A stretch of 64,000 bases of DNA, taken from contig OX597818.1 of the NCBI GenBank assembly GCA_951406725.2, forward strand, positions 24,924,001-24,988,000, written 5' to 3'. Within the stretch, counting starts at the first letter, position 1, and each line of letters begins with the position of its first letter. Source of the stretch: Octopus vulgaris. Its lineage: Eukaryota. The position numbers were made by a program, and so were the translations under genes. The notes below the pieces were generated by a model. It ran no database searches. It saw only the letters and a list, made by a program, of their open reading frames with translations, and had not been told where the DNA came from. Positions 1 through 13,289 of this stretch are shown in pieces.

Positions 1-2010
1 CGCCTACTTGTTTATTAAATAACAGAGCAAGGAACTCTGTCAAAAGCTCTCTCCAGGTCAACAAAAACCAAGTACAATGGTTTACTTTTGGCCAGATACT
101 TCTCATGCAGCTGTCTCACTAGGAAAATGGCATCTGTGGAACACTTCCCGGTTACAAAACCAAACTGCATCTCATCTGGTTTAATTATATTCCTAAATAG
201 TTGAGCTATAACTCTCTCCATAACTTTTTGACCTGGTCCAACAGTTTGATACCTCTGTAATAGTTTCTGTCTAAGGCATCACCTTTACCCTTGTAGCAGC
301 TAACTATATTACTACTGCATAAGTCATTGGGGATGAGGCCCACCTGGATAACCAGATTAACTATATGAGTATCATATTCTACCAGATATTTTAAGCATCA
401 CAGTGGTGATTCCTGGTTGGCCAGGAGCTTTTTCTCTCTTCATATCCTTAATTGCCTTATCTATCATAATGCTGTCAAATCTCATGACTGGTTTCTCAGT
501 TGGCTCTGTATTTGAAAGACTTTCCTTCTCTCATGCATTTTCCACACTTAGCAATCTTACATGGTGGTACTTCCATGCATCTTTCTTCTCTGAATCCCTA
601 AGTGCAAGCATACCATTATCCATTCATACACAGTTCTCATCCACGACATCTCTATTCTCTCTGCTTTGCAATCCTCATGCTGTAGGACATTAGCAAATCT
701 ACTACTTTCTATTTTTCTTTTTGTTATGTAAACCAAACTTCCTTCTGGTTACTCGATATAATTCTCTGCTTCCACCATTTTTCAGTCTTTCCAGACCTGT
801 CTTTTTTTTTCTATAGCACTGTCTACCTGCTTGTTCCACCACCACCACATCACCCTTGGCTAGGCTGAAACTTTGCACTAGCCACAGACTTGGTCTGAAG
901 CCTGCAGTAGGAGTTGAGCAGGAACTTCCAATTGTTCTCTAAGCTATATGCCTCCAACTCTTCCTCTTTCACACCAGAAGCTTCCATAAGTATATCTCAG
1001 AATTTTTGTTGGTTTGTTGAGTCTTTGAGTTTCTCTAACCTTCTTCTCCAGGCTGGTTTATTTCTCTGAATCCTTCTAGCTCTAACTCTGAAGTCACTGA
1101 TTAGTAACCTACGCATTTTTGAACATATGTCTATCTAGTTATGTTTCAAATATGTTATTAAAAAAATAAGTAGATATGAAAGCTTTTAATTATTATTTTG
1201 ATATTAAATCAAGCAAAAGCACTTTTTTGTTACAATAATAAAAGAAAAATCAATTCACTGAGAACTATTGCTTCAAATTTTGGCTCAAGGCCAACAATTT
1301 TTCAGGAGGGGGCTTGTTAATTACATTGACCCCATTGCTCAACCTGTACTTATTTTGTCAAGCCTGGATAGATGAAAAGCAAAGTTGATCTCTGAACTCA
1401 GAACATTTAGAGCCAGAAGAAATGTGCCCACCAGACTGATAAGTGATCAAGTAGCTGGTTGGATTCCTGAAATGAGGTTAGTGTTGCAGATCATCAAATC
1501 ATTTGCATTTCAGAACTCCAGAAGCCTCCTCATTCCCTCCTCATTCATAGAGCCAAAGCCATAACATCTATGCACACTATGGAATCCATGGTAGTGCTGT
1601 CTGACATGTCTATTGAAGTCATCAGCCACAATATCCAAGCCTGTCATTTGTCTTTGAGGTAGTTTGCAAAAAATCTCATGAAATTGTTCCTTCTGGTTAT
1701 CCATCAGCCCAGGCCGTGAAGTATAGGAGAGATAAAGGTAACTGTTAATTCATCTAAGATCAGCTTAACTACCCTATCACATACTCTGACTACCTCAATT
1801 ACCTTATCAACCCATTTTACTACTAAAAGTATGCATATACCACTCACCCCATCAGAAGTATTTGAACTTGTGTTTCTTACCCATGAAGAATCTAGCAGAG
1901 GCTCCCCTCCATCTTAAAGACCATACATCTTGCAAACCACACATGTCTCTATGCTGTTGCTTCAGCAATTCAATAGAAGTGGCTACAAAGATGGAGGCTA
2001 CTTTTAGAGT
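1..2010 (-). mobile_element. Degenerate RTE-clade LINE (APE + RT fragments), same family as the 25-29 kb element
   Basis: ORF fragments MERVIAQL..DEMQFGF..STDAIFLVRQL.EKYLAK (15-221), DDFNRHV..GFGSMNEEG.RLLEF (1510-1704) and RWRGASARF (1852-2034) match segments of the intact RTE ORF; many stops and frameshifts. Confidence 0.9.
1143..1420 (+). repeat. ~280-bp copy of 3631-3911 inserted into the RTE relic
   Basis: gtttcaaa.atgttattaa...ctcagaacatt.agagccagaaga is present at both positions with few substitutions. Confidence 0.85.
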
Positions 2011-2899
2011 CCACGAGAATCTATCATAGTACATTCATTATTATATGGATTTAATAAAAGTATTTGTTGTATTTAATTCTTATGAATACTATTAAAAGCA
2101 CTATTTTGTCCTTTCATTTTCAAGACAGTAAGGTATGATTTGAGGGAATTTGGTTGCTTTTTGAAAGAGATCAAAATGACCTACTGGAGGCTTTCCAGTT
2201 GATTCATTAAGGATGTAGAATAGGCTGTATGTATATGTGTGTGTAAAATAACTATCCTTTAATCATGAAGTTATGGACTCCATTTAGTAAAAATATATTC
2301 AGTTGTCTATTTTTTATTTTCATGTTTAGTTGCTCTCCCTTTTGTTCTCTCTCCCCCTCCTCTCTCTCTTTCTTTCTTTTGTAACATTATAACCTCTCAT
2401 TTAAATAATAGATAAGTAGATGAACTATCCTAAAGTTAATAATTCTGATGTTAACCAGTGAGGAAGTCAAAGTTCTCGGAATTGCTACTAAGAAGTTGTT
2501 GTTTTACAAGCTAGTAAAAAAAAATTGTTAGTTTCTTTTGGAATGAGCCCATATTAAGTTCAATAGAGCTCATTGTATCTATGAATATTTATCAACTTTA
2601 ATCAGGCAAAGGTTATGTTATGGTTATCATTTGCTTATTTTTCATGCTGGTGATTCAAAATGAATTCATGTTTCCTGAAATATATTCGATTGACACCTAA
2701 CAGCTGTTCCAGAATCCATTTACACTTAAATCCTATAAGATACTCTGTCTTGTTGATACCAATTAATTATCAAAATAGTGTAACATCCAATCATCATATC
2801 AAATAGAACATTTCTGGTGGAAAAAAAAAGATTTAAATTAGGATATTTCTTTATTTCCTTTCTATTTTTTCTTTATATGTGGATGTGTTAGGCATTATC

Positions 2900-3350
2900 A
2901 CCACATCCATTTTCCATGCTGACATGGATTGGACAGTTTGATAGGAGTTGGCTTACTGAAGAGCTGCCTAGGCTCTATGTTTGTTTTGGCATGGTTTTTA
3001 CAGCTTGATCCCCTTCTTAATACAAACTACTTTCCAAAATGTACTAGGTGCTTCTATGCAGCACTGGCAGGGTTCCTTTTATGTGGCACTGGCATGGGTG
3101 CTTTTTATGTGGCACCAGCACCCATGAGCCCATAAGATTAGGATTACTCAGCTGAAGAGGGGTCTAGGGGACATGCCTGTATGCAAGGACATTTACAGTT
3201 TTAGCTTCATCTCTTCTCAAGCACAGCAAACTGCCAGAAGATTTGTTCCCTTGTCATCCCCTCAGTGAGGCCTACATCTGAAGATCCTTTCTCACCACTT
3301 TGTTCCATATATTCCTGAATCTATCCTTTTTTACATGTTCCCTCCACATA
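2900..3350 (-). mobile_element. RTE 3' end/3'UTR relic
   Basis: Reverse complement of the RTE 3' motifs (ccatgccagcatggaaa, aaaaagcacc units) and the GRPRKTW-like region. Confidence 0.65.
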
Positions 3351-3759
3351 CATTTTAAAGTAACACCTGACCATCACAAGTAACTTTCTGTCAAAGCTTT
3401 TACCCTAAGAAATTCAAATGATCTACTGCTTCTGGAAAACCTTTTCTTGTAGACTTGAATATATATTAATTATAAGGATTTACTGCATCTTTATTCCAAG
3501 AAAGCTACAATTCTTTATAATTTATTATGGCTCATCTTGATTGTTTTTACTTTGTTTTATTTTGTGTCTAAGAGTGTAACCCATTGAAAGCAAATATCGA
3601 ATTTGTGATTCTTGCTATAAAATTTTAGTCGTTTCAAACATGTTATTAAGAAAAATAATAAGTAGATATGAAAGCTTTTAATTATTATTTTAATATTAGA
3701 TCAAGCAAAAATACTTTTTTGTTGCAATAATAAAAGAAAAATCAATTCACTGAGAACTA

Positions 3760-4185
3760 TTATTTCAAATTTTGGCTCAAGGCCAACAATTTTTGGGTAG
3801 GGGCTTGTTAATTACATTGACCCCAGTGCTCAACCCGTACTTATTTTGTCAAGCCTGGAAAGATGAAAAGCAAAGTTGACCTCTGAACTCAGAACATTCA
3901 GAGCCAGAAGATATGCTATTCAGCATTTAGTTCAATGCACCAATTCTGCAGCCCTTATTCATTTATAAATACTGGTTTCAAGTTTTGGCACAAGGCCAGC
4001 AATTTTGGGGAGGGGTAATTCAATTACATCAACCCCAGTCCTCAAATGATATTTATTTTACCGACCCCAAAAGGATGAAATGCACAACTGACCTTGGCAG
4101 AATTTGAACTCAGAATGTAAAGATGGATGAAATGCTGCTAAGCATTTTGTCCAGCATGCAAATGGTTCTGCCAGTCCACTACCTA
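3760..4185 (-). mobile_element. Two tandem degenerate SINEs with a Meta-like central domain
   Basis: Reverse complement of gagttcaaat...gtcaactttgcctttcatcc..gggtcgataaaataagtacc, the same family as 33722-33917. Confidence 0.7.
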
Positions 4186-7100
4186 TTCACTTATAAATGT
4201 TGAAATAAAATATGAGAATTCTGCTTATCATCTATATTCTGATGAACTGCCACTTCAAAAATATTGCAAAACTCATCCCATATAAATTTTCCCCAATGTT
4301 TACACCCATTTTGCCATCTCAAAACTGAATCATCCCACTAGAGTTGTTATTTTACCTGCTTCCTCACAGTATTCTGATATGTACCAGGAAAAAAATTTAT
4401 GACAGAAGAGGTATACTGCCCTTATTAAAGTTATGCTTATTCTTATAACAGGACATTAATGATATACAGTCCCTCACTTGAAATCAGATCATGAACATCA
4501 GTCACAAGAAGCTGAAACAATGGTGATTATCACACAAACAAAAGGCTAGTAATACATAAAGAAACTATTCAGTTTCATAAACAAATAAGCATATTTGGTG
4601 AGAGGTTAAAAACTAGATTCCTAGATCATTGTGCATAGCTCAAAAATTTCTGATAAATACTGCATTGACTTTCCTGACAAAACTCATTATAACATTTTAG
4701 TTAGGTTAGTATTAACATATTTAATACAGAGAGGATTAAATGCTCTTTGTGAGGATAAAAAAAGATAGCCAGTGACTAACATTATTTTATTTATTTCGGC
4801 TAGGTTGGGAGACAACTCTTGACATTTTATGGTATTATTATGACCTCATTAGGGAAGCATATTTTCCATAGTACTTGCTGAAGTATGATAGTAAAATCAC
4901 TAAATAAATGCACAAAATACTCATTGGTTAGCTTAGAAAACAGAATTGTTTAGGGAATAAATAATTCAGAGACGCCTCATGTGTGTAGAAACACAGTATT
5001 ATCAGTTACTTATTCTTTTAATATTAGGTTACAATATTATACTTTTACACACAGTGATTCTGCTACCCTTATTTCAACATGTATAATGAAAACTGTATTT
5101 CATTGATGATTATATAATACAAACGAAACTAGTCTTGAGTTTTCTCCCTTATTTGCTGAAATAATTAGAATAATATTAGTGTGACTGATATAGGTTTTTA
5201 TCTCACTAATTAGTTTTGTAATGCTCTGTTCATTAGATATATTAACACTACATCAATAACTGGGGTTTTTTTGTGCAGATGGTGCCTCTTAGTTATAATT
5301 TCATTATAATACCTGTTTCTGTCTATAAAGTTAGAAAATGTGTACCATTCTCATTTTATAGTTGAGTAGTTGACAGTTGGAAAAATATTTACTCTTAAAA
5401 ATTCTTACTTATTCTAACTTCAATGAATTATGCTAATGCCTTTTAACATACAGTGACATACCAAAATGAATATATGGCTGTAAAATTTAAAATGATCAAT
5501 AAAATTAAAAATGGTATTTCTGTGATAATAATGCATGTTATATACACATCCAGTCCACATTGTCACACTTTTAACTCAAAATATATGACTACAAATCCTT
5601 TTCATTATTACTACTGCTTCCTGTGTGTTTTTATGCTGATGTTGTGCTGACAATTCTGCAAGACAACTTACACATTTCCACCCCTGGTAAATTAGGTAGA
5701 GTTATGGATGGTAAAATCAAATCAAAGTAGTGTTAGATTGTAGAAAGCTTTTGTACATCCAACTTGTTTCTGTGTTTGAAGACAAACTTCAAAATGAGTA
5801 AAGATATAAAATGAATTAAGAACAAAGGCTATCACTGACACATATAAATAGATATATGTGAAAAAGAAAATTTTATTTTACTTTTAATACATTGTTTGAT
5901 CACTGAAAAACATTTTCGTTTTGTTGAAATAGATTTTGTCATGTGCCATTTAGGTCACTATTGAACTGAAGTGAACTTCAATAACTAACACCTGTTGCAT
6001 TACAGTATAATAGAATTGAAGGTTTAGATACCTGTGGAGTATCTCCTTCTTCCATTAAAATTGTTTTGTAGTTTCAAGGAGCTGGAACGGGTCGCCGATT
6101 TGTGACGTCTGTGCGAAGCAAGGTGATGAGAATGGCTCCTTAGTACATCACACGGTCGATACAATAAATGTAAATAGAACAATGCATATATATGCCAGAA
6201 GGAAATAAGAGCCACAACCAGGTAGAATGTTTAAGAGAAGATTTATTCATATGTTAACATGTGTGATTGTGTGTGTGTCATATATACAGAATAATAGACA
6301 GGCCGTCATAAGAATAAGATTATGCGTGTGTATGTTAAGAACATACAAGGATGTCGATGAAGAAGAGACAGTGAAAGAGTTTATAGCCATCAACGTGAGG
6401 AGTAAGTTCATAGACACAAGGATGATAAACACCTGTTCCTAGTCAATTGTACACGATAGCTGAAATACTGTATCAAGAAGTTGCGGCAATGATGCAGAGC
6501 CAGTTGTGGTACATGTCTTACATGAAGTTGTGGCTGTGATGCTGCTGCCTGGGTCACTTGGTACAGGAGTTCTCACAAGTTGTATATTCGCTGTTGATCC
6601 ATGGTGAAGTATTTCATGAACAGTGCAATGTTGTAACCTGGTTGAGTTGCTTGTTGAGTTGTGTATGTAGAGAGAGGTTGATGTTAGGACGAATGGTGGC
6701 AGCGGAGAGGGAGGTCGCTGAATGCTGTTAGACGAAGTTGATGAGTCTTAACGTGGCTACTGTTGTGTTGTCGCTGGAACTGGCGGTGTCTTGTGTGGAC
6801 AGTGGCCAGACTTAAAAGGTCTGGAACTGAATGACATTGAGATGAGGAAAAGTTAGGTTTTTTATAAGGAGTTGTAGGCTCAGCTGAGGTAGAAAACAGG
6901 CTGTCACACGTGACCTTATTTGAAGGCTGCGATTGGTCGAGTTGCATATTGGCACACGATAGAGCAAGAGACAAATTGTGCCAATACCAACCAGTCAGAG
7001 TAGTGGACACAACAGGGTCCAAAATGCGGCCAAAGGCTAGCTGTTATCTACTATGTTCGTATGTATGTACATATAATAGAGAGGAATTTCACTCAAGTGT

Positions 7101-7269
7101 ACGCAACAACTGTATATGTATCTGTATGTGTGTTTCATTATATATTGATATTTACATAAACAAAATTAGAGAGCCATCCAAAGAAATAGTTATTTATTGA
7201 GAAGTTTTCATTAATTGCTGCATTAAGAATTTTTTAATAATAGATGTACGGTAATGATATCTTAAAATG

Positions 7270-8070
7270 CTAATTCATGAACTATGTTCTCTATGCCTGA
7301 GAAAAGAGTCACAAAAGGCAATTTGATAGTCACCACAAGGCTGCCAATTACCAACAGATTTTTTGAGACTACATGAATGGGCAAAGACCAATTATTGCTC
7401 ATTGGATTAACTATGCCCAGTTCTAGTATGTGCTTGGACTCTGCTTTGGTGATCTTAGCATCATCAGGAGTAAGTCACTGAAGAAGAAAAACCACTGAAT
7501 GTATATTAGGTTCAAGTGGTGTGTCAGAGTGAGTCACTGGATGATGGAACATGACAGTTCCAAGATAAGAAAGCAAAGTGACATTGGAAAGTTCTGTTCA
7601 TGGTATAGTAATGTGTGTTAAGGAGAAATAAGAATATGTCTGTAAAAGTGGTGAGTGTGCTAGTGTAGACTGCTTTCACAACATGGTATTTTGACATGTG
7701 GAGACTCTGCCAAATGCAATAATGCTTCACTGTTCATGTCACTAATCTCTTTTAGACTGTCTGCATGTCAAGCTCTGTTTTCTCTCTTCAGATCTGGTAT
7801 TTTTCTATGTGCTCCATAACAAATCTAATTGGACAAATCTGTAGTGATGTCACCACTTGAATATTCAGAACATGTTTATATATAATTTCACTGGCCAGAT
7901 TTTTGCTGATGACATTGCCCAATCTGAAATATTCTGTTTTTGTTGATGAACATTTTTGCAATTGGAAAACAAACAATCCAGCTTCAAATTGAAGAATACT
8001 TAATGTAAGAAATAGATTATTTAATTCCTATTTAGAAAATCTTGTTTCCTCTGCCATACTGGCAGATTAA
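7270..8070 (-). mobile_element. Highly degenerate Ty3/Gypsy internal fragment (gag-like plus RT N-terminus)
   Basis: Minus-strand translation gives PVTH...LTPDDAKITKAE.KHILELGIVNP.SNNWSLPIHVV.K (Gypsy RT start) and, upstream, F.QL..F...I....IY.HV (gag-like). Confidence 0.6.
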
Positions 8071-8828
8071 AGCTATTCAATTTTGAAATAAATCTGATGA
8101 GTATATTGAATACAATTTCTTATTCAATAGTTAACAGGTATTCTGAGATTTTATTTGCTAAATTAATTTTTAGTTCTAAGGTTTGGCAATTTTGGGGGAG
8201 AGTGTGTAGCATCACAAAGTATCCAAATATCTGTCCCTTTTTTTCATCTGAAGCATGTCTCCTTATATATGTCACCATTATATATGTGGAAGGATATTGT
8301 GAAGGAAGTGTGATTAAAGAATGTGAGTAAGTGTTGTAAAACCTGGGTATATATAGAGTCAGAGGGCTACCGGATAGCAATGATCCAGAAAAACAGGGCC
8401 ATGAGGACAGGATTCGGGAGTGAGAGCTAGGCATTGTGTAAGAAGGAGGAAATGTGAGAAGAGAAGAGATGCATGCATGCACGTATGTATGTATATATGG
8501 CAGTAAGATTGTTGAAATACTAGAGTCGTGCAAGTGCCACAAAAAACATCCAGTCCATTCTGTAAGTAGTTAGTAATTGATTCAAGCAATGACAACACAG
8601 GGCTTAAGGATACTCTTTAACCTTGCCAATTACAAAACAACTGCTCTTGTGTTGATGCCACAATGCACCAAGAACAGTCAGTAAAGTTATTACTGTTGGG
8701 AAGGACATAAGGCCATAGAAACCATGCCAAAACTGAGACGGAGAAAGATATAGTCCTCTAATACACTGAAACCTGTTGAACCATCCAACCCATGTGAACA
8801 TAGAAAACAGATATAAAGTGGTATTAAC

Positions 8829-10121
8829 TCTGGAACTTCTGGAGCTCTCACAGTCTCATCCGACCCTCACAATATGGATTTGTCCCTAACTCCAGCTGCA
8901 GTGACCAGCTTGTCGAGTTCCTTGAGGACATTACTCAGATTACTGACAGTGGCTCATGGGTGGATGTTGTCTACCTTGACTTTGCTAAGGCTTTCAACTC
9001 TGTGCCACACAAAAGGCTTATGGTGAAACTCTCTGCAATGGGTGTGGGGGATGACCTTTTTAACTGGTTGAAATCCTTCATCCTCAGCCGAAAGGAGGTA
9101 GTCACAGTTCTAGGACAGCACTCTACACCATATGAGATGTCATCGGGTGTACCACAGGGATCTGTCCTTGGTCCCCTCTTGTTTGTGGCATACATTAACG
9201 ACATAGATGCCAATTTAAAGAATGCCACAGTATTGAAATATGCAGACGACATCAAGCTGTACCTTGAAATCAAGAGGACAGATCCTGATGTCTACAACTC
9301 TTTCCTGCAATCAGACCTAGACACAATGCAGCAATGGATCACAGACTGGCAACTGAAACTGGCTGTGGACAAGTGTACCACCATGCATTTTGGGAGAAAA
9401 AACCCTGCGTTCACATACTCCCTCCACAACACTGATATCAAGAAATCCTCTTGTGAGCGTGACCTAGGCATCACTGTCAGCAGTGATTTGCGTTGGTCAA
9501 AGCATATCTCTAAGATTGTCAGGAAGGCCGAGGGTGTCTTGGCATCACTCAGCAGGTCTTTTGTTAGCCGCTCTCCAGCCATCTATTTAAAACTGTATAC
9601 AGCTATGGTACGACCACACTTGGAATTCGCATCATCAGTTTGGAACCCCTATCTTGCACAGAACATTGACCTCCTGGAATCTGTCCAGAGACGTGCAACC
9701 AAACGCATACCCTCCATCAGACACCTACCATATTCTGAGCGCCTTGTTTCCCTGGGCATGGATTCACTGAAGCTCCGGCGTTTGGCGACGGACTTGGTAA
9801 ACACCCACAAAGTTATCAACCACCTCACCAACAACAACACTGAACACCTTTTTGATCTCCATGTGTCTAACACACGTGGACATGCCTACAAAGTCAGAAA
9901 ACAATACAGCTCCCATGACTTTCGGAAACATTTTTTCACGCTCAGAGTTGCTGAAGCATGGAATAAACTGCCTGCGTCAGTTGTTGACTGCCATGACACT
10001 GCATCTTTTAAGGCCCTCATGCTTTCCGAAATCCGCCGAAACTACACCTGATTATATATACACTTTAGATGAGTTGTAGTGCACCTGAGCACTGTACACA
10101 ATTATTATTATTATTATTATT
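8829..10121 (+). mobile_element. 5'-truncated CR1/L2-group non-LTR retrotransposon
   Basis: Open frame from ~8829 (QYGF, YLDFAKAF, GVPQGSVLGPLLF, YADD, DLGI, VRPHLEF, TRGH, WNKLP) to a stop at 10051; 3' hairpin tgtagtgc-acctga-gcactgta; (ATT)n tail. Confidence 0.92.
8960..10051 (+). CDS. Reverse transcriptase C-terminal part (CR1-like ORF2, truncated)
   Basis: 363-aa ORF with RT motifs including YADD; no endonuclease domain and no true start. Confidence 0.85.
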   Translation: MDVVYLDFAKAFNSVPHKRLMVKLSAMGVGDDLFNWLKSFILSRKEVVTVLGQHSTPYEMSSGVPQGSVLGPLLFVAYINDIDANLKNATVLKYADDIKLYLEIKRTDPDVYNSFLQSDLDTMQQWITDWQLKLAVDKCTTMHFGRKNPAFTYSLHNTDIKKSSCERDLGITVSSDLRWSKHISKIVRKAEGVLASLSRSFVSRSPAIYLKLYTAMVRPHLEFASSVWNPYLAQNIDLLESVQRRATKRIPSIRHLPYSERLVSLGMDSLKLRRLATDLVNTHKVINHLTNNNTEHLFDLHVSNTRGHAYKVRKQYSSHDFRKHFFTLRVAEAWNKLPASVVDCHDTASFKALMLSEIRRNYT

Positions 10122-10484
10122 ACAATAATATATACAATAAAATATTTGATCAACCATTTGATTAATCAGAATCCTTTCATGGCAGTCTGCTATCTTAGTG
10201 ATCATGTATTCTTGTCAGAAACTCTTTTCTTCAGTAGTATTTAGATTTTGTCTGTATGGATGTGTGTGTGCTTGTTGTTGTTTTCAAACAAAGTTTTGTT
10301 GTATATTTTTGTGTTGCTTGATCAATATCAGTTTATAGTCTATGTGTATGTAAGTGTATATGTAGGTATACTAAGCTGTATGTTATTTTTTCATGTGTGT
10401 CAGTTCTTGGTGGCTAGTTAGGTATTTGGTATTTAAACTTTGACTCTTTAGCTATTGTTTCCACAGAAATATTTATCTTAATAG

Positions 10485-11123
<639 letters not shown>

Positions 11124-11201
11124 AATAATAATAATAAAATATTAGGGAGTATAACTCCAAACTTACAGGGAAAAATTCAATTTAGTATTAAATCAAATTT
11201 C

Positions 11202-11519
11202 ACAGTATAAATATATAATATATATAAATTAGAGAAAAACCATTATTATGCAATTCAAACAATGATAGACATAAACCAAATCATAAATAAAAAATAAAAT
11301 ATATTTTTTAAAAACATAACTAGATCATAAAAAGTATAAAAATGAATAATCAATATATGATAAGTATTATATATTGATTATTCATTTTTATACTTTTTGC
11401 GATCTAGTTATATGTTTTAAAAAAATATATTTTATTTTTTTATTTATGATTTGGTTTATGTCTATCATTGTTTGAATTGCATAATAATGGTTTTTCTGTA
11501 ATTTATTTATATATACTGT
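11202..11519. repeat. Long fold-back inverted repeat (~140-bp arms, short loop)
   Basis: aaaaaccattattatgcaattcaaacaatgatagacataaacc... pairs with ...ggtttatgtctatcattgtttgaattgcataataatggttttt. Confidence 0.92.
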
Positions 11520-12249
11520 AAAACCCATGTAAATTGCACACCTGCATAAATTACACAGGTGATTTTCAGGATAAAATTTGTTAAAAAAGCTTCTACTCCT
11601 GTAAAATTCACATCCAAAAGTTTTCAGAATTGCTGATATAGCTAGGGGAAAAAGGTTTTCAATTTAGCTGTATTTAGCATAATTTCACATACTTATGATG
11701 AGATTTTATTAAATTTTCTTTAAATAAAAATAATTTCTATCTAACAGGTATCACATTGAAAGCTATTAAATTACAAAGTGTTTATGTTGTTTATAATAAA
11801 CTTTATTTGACATTTCTTGCTCACAAGAGATTATGTCTGATCTTTAGCATACTGCTGTATGTTTTTTCAAATCATGATTACAGGAAAAGTTGTTGATAAA
11901 AATTACCAACAAATACAAAGCTGATAAATACACACAGATGTTGTAAATTAAGTTTAATTACCAATAAACATCAGCTTGGATGACACTTTACTCAACTTAC
12001 GGAGGAAGGTGACTAATGAAACTGATTATGTAGACAGAATTCTTTTCCACCTATTCTTGTCAGAATTTTTGATATGGAGTACCAAAATTTTAATCCCTTT
12101 TCACACTTATAAAATGTCAAGCAAACTTTAAAATTTGTCATCACCATTATTGTCAGTATGGGCAGAATTATTTACTGTGAAAGAGAAACTGAATATGTTG
12201 AATATGCATTTGAACGTGACAATAGAGCCAATGTTTGAACTTAGCGTAA

Positions 12250-12600
12250 ACAGTACAACAAATTTAAAACTGTGCCTAGTAATAAACAGACAATAGCTAA
12301 AGAGTTAAAGTTTAAATACCAAGTACCTAACTTGGACCTCAAAACTCACTGCATTCAATAAAACAGAACAGTGGCCCACAATGTGTTTGTAGTGCCAGCA
12401 CTCATACCAACATTTGAACTACTTGATTGGACACTTAATGAGATCTGAGCCAGTGATGTGAAAACCTAAAAAATACTAACAAACACACATAATTTCCACA
12501 TAAACAATGATGTAGACCACCTCTACCTAAAATGAAAACAAGGCAGCAGAGGCTTAATATTGATCCAAAATGCCTTTGAATGTTACATCATACCCTTTCG
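12250..12600 (+). mobile_element. R4/Dong-clade RT C-terminal fragment
   Basis: Translates as AHNVFVVPALIPTFELLDWTLNEI..DVKT.KILT..HNFH..NDVDHLYLK.KQGSRGL, matching the R4/Dong thumb region. Confidence 0.7.
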
Positions 12601-12724
12601 GCAACATCTTTTAACTGCCAAGTGTCTAAGTGCATCCCTTGACCAAGTTTGCATACATGAGGCTGATAACATCGTATGACTTGGAAGGCAGCTCGTGTGT
12701 GTATGTACGTACATACATATATAT

Positions 12725-12782
12725 GAATGTATGTATGTATGTATGTATGTATGTATGTATGTATGTATGTATGTATGTATGT
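12725..12782. repeat. (ATGT)n microsatellite
   Basis: Read directly from the sequence. Confidence 0.97.
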
Positions 12783-13289
12783 GCCTATACAGGTGTACCC
12801 CATATGGAAAGTTGGGTAACAGAATTCTGCACAGAGAGAAATTGCAAAAAATGTCTACTAATTTCAATAAATGCCTGTGAATCTTCCTTTATGACAACTC
12901 AGATAAATTTTAACAAATTTAAAAGCTAAAATCTTGGTTTGAACTTTTTCAAACATGAGCTGTTTCTCCTCCACCCTACCTTGTTTGCACATGCACTAAT
13001 TCAACTGGCCTTGTTTTTATTGATTGCAACATACTTTCCAGCATTTATGTACTTCCTCACTGGACTTGAGTCTTATAACTAGCTTAAATCAAACAGTGCT
13101 TTCTCCCACTTCACTCCTTCATACCTTTTATTCATTCATTCATTCATTTATATCTTGGTATCCAAACAAGACAACCTCTTTTTTGTTGATACAGAACATC
13201 ACTGCTTTCTTTGGATTTTACTGTTTTTCTATTTGGTGTACAGTTCTTGTTCATTAATGCTGCTGTTGGATTTAACTTCTAACTTCTAA

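Noticed and set aside
12583-12929. ORFs with HTYI/MYVC repeats, and the many YIYI/CVCV ORFs elsewhere
   Set aside because: Microsatellite translations
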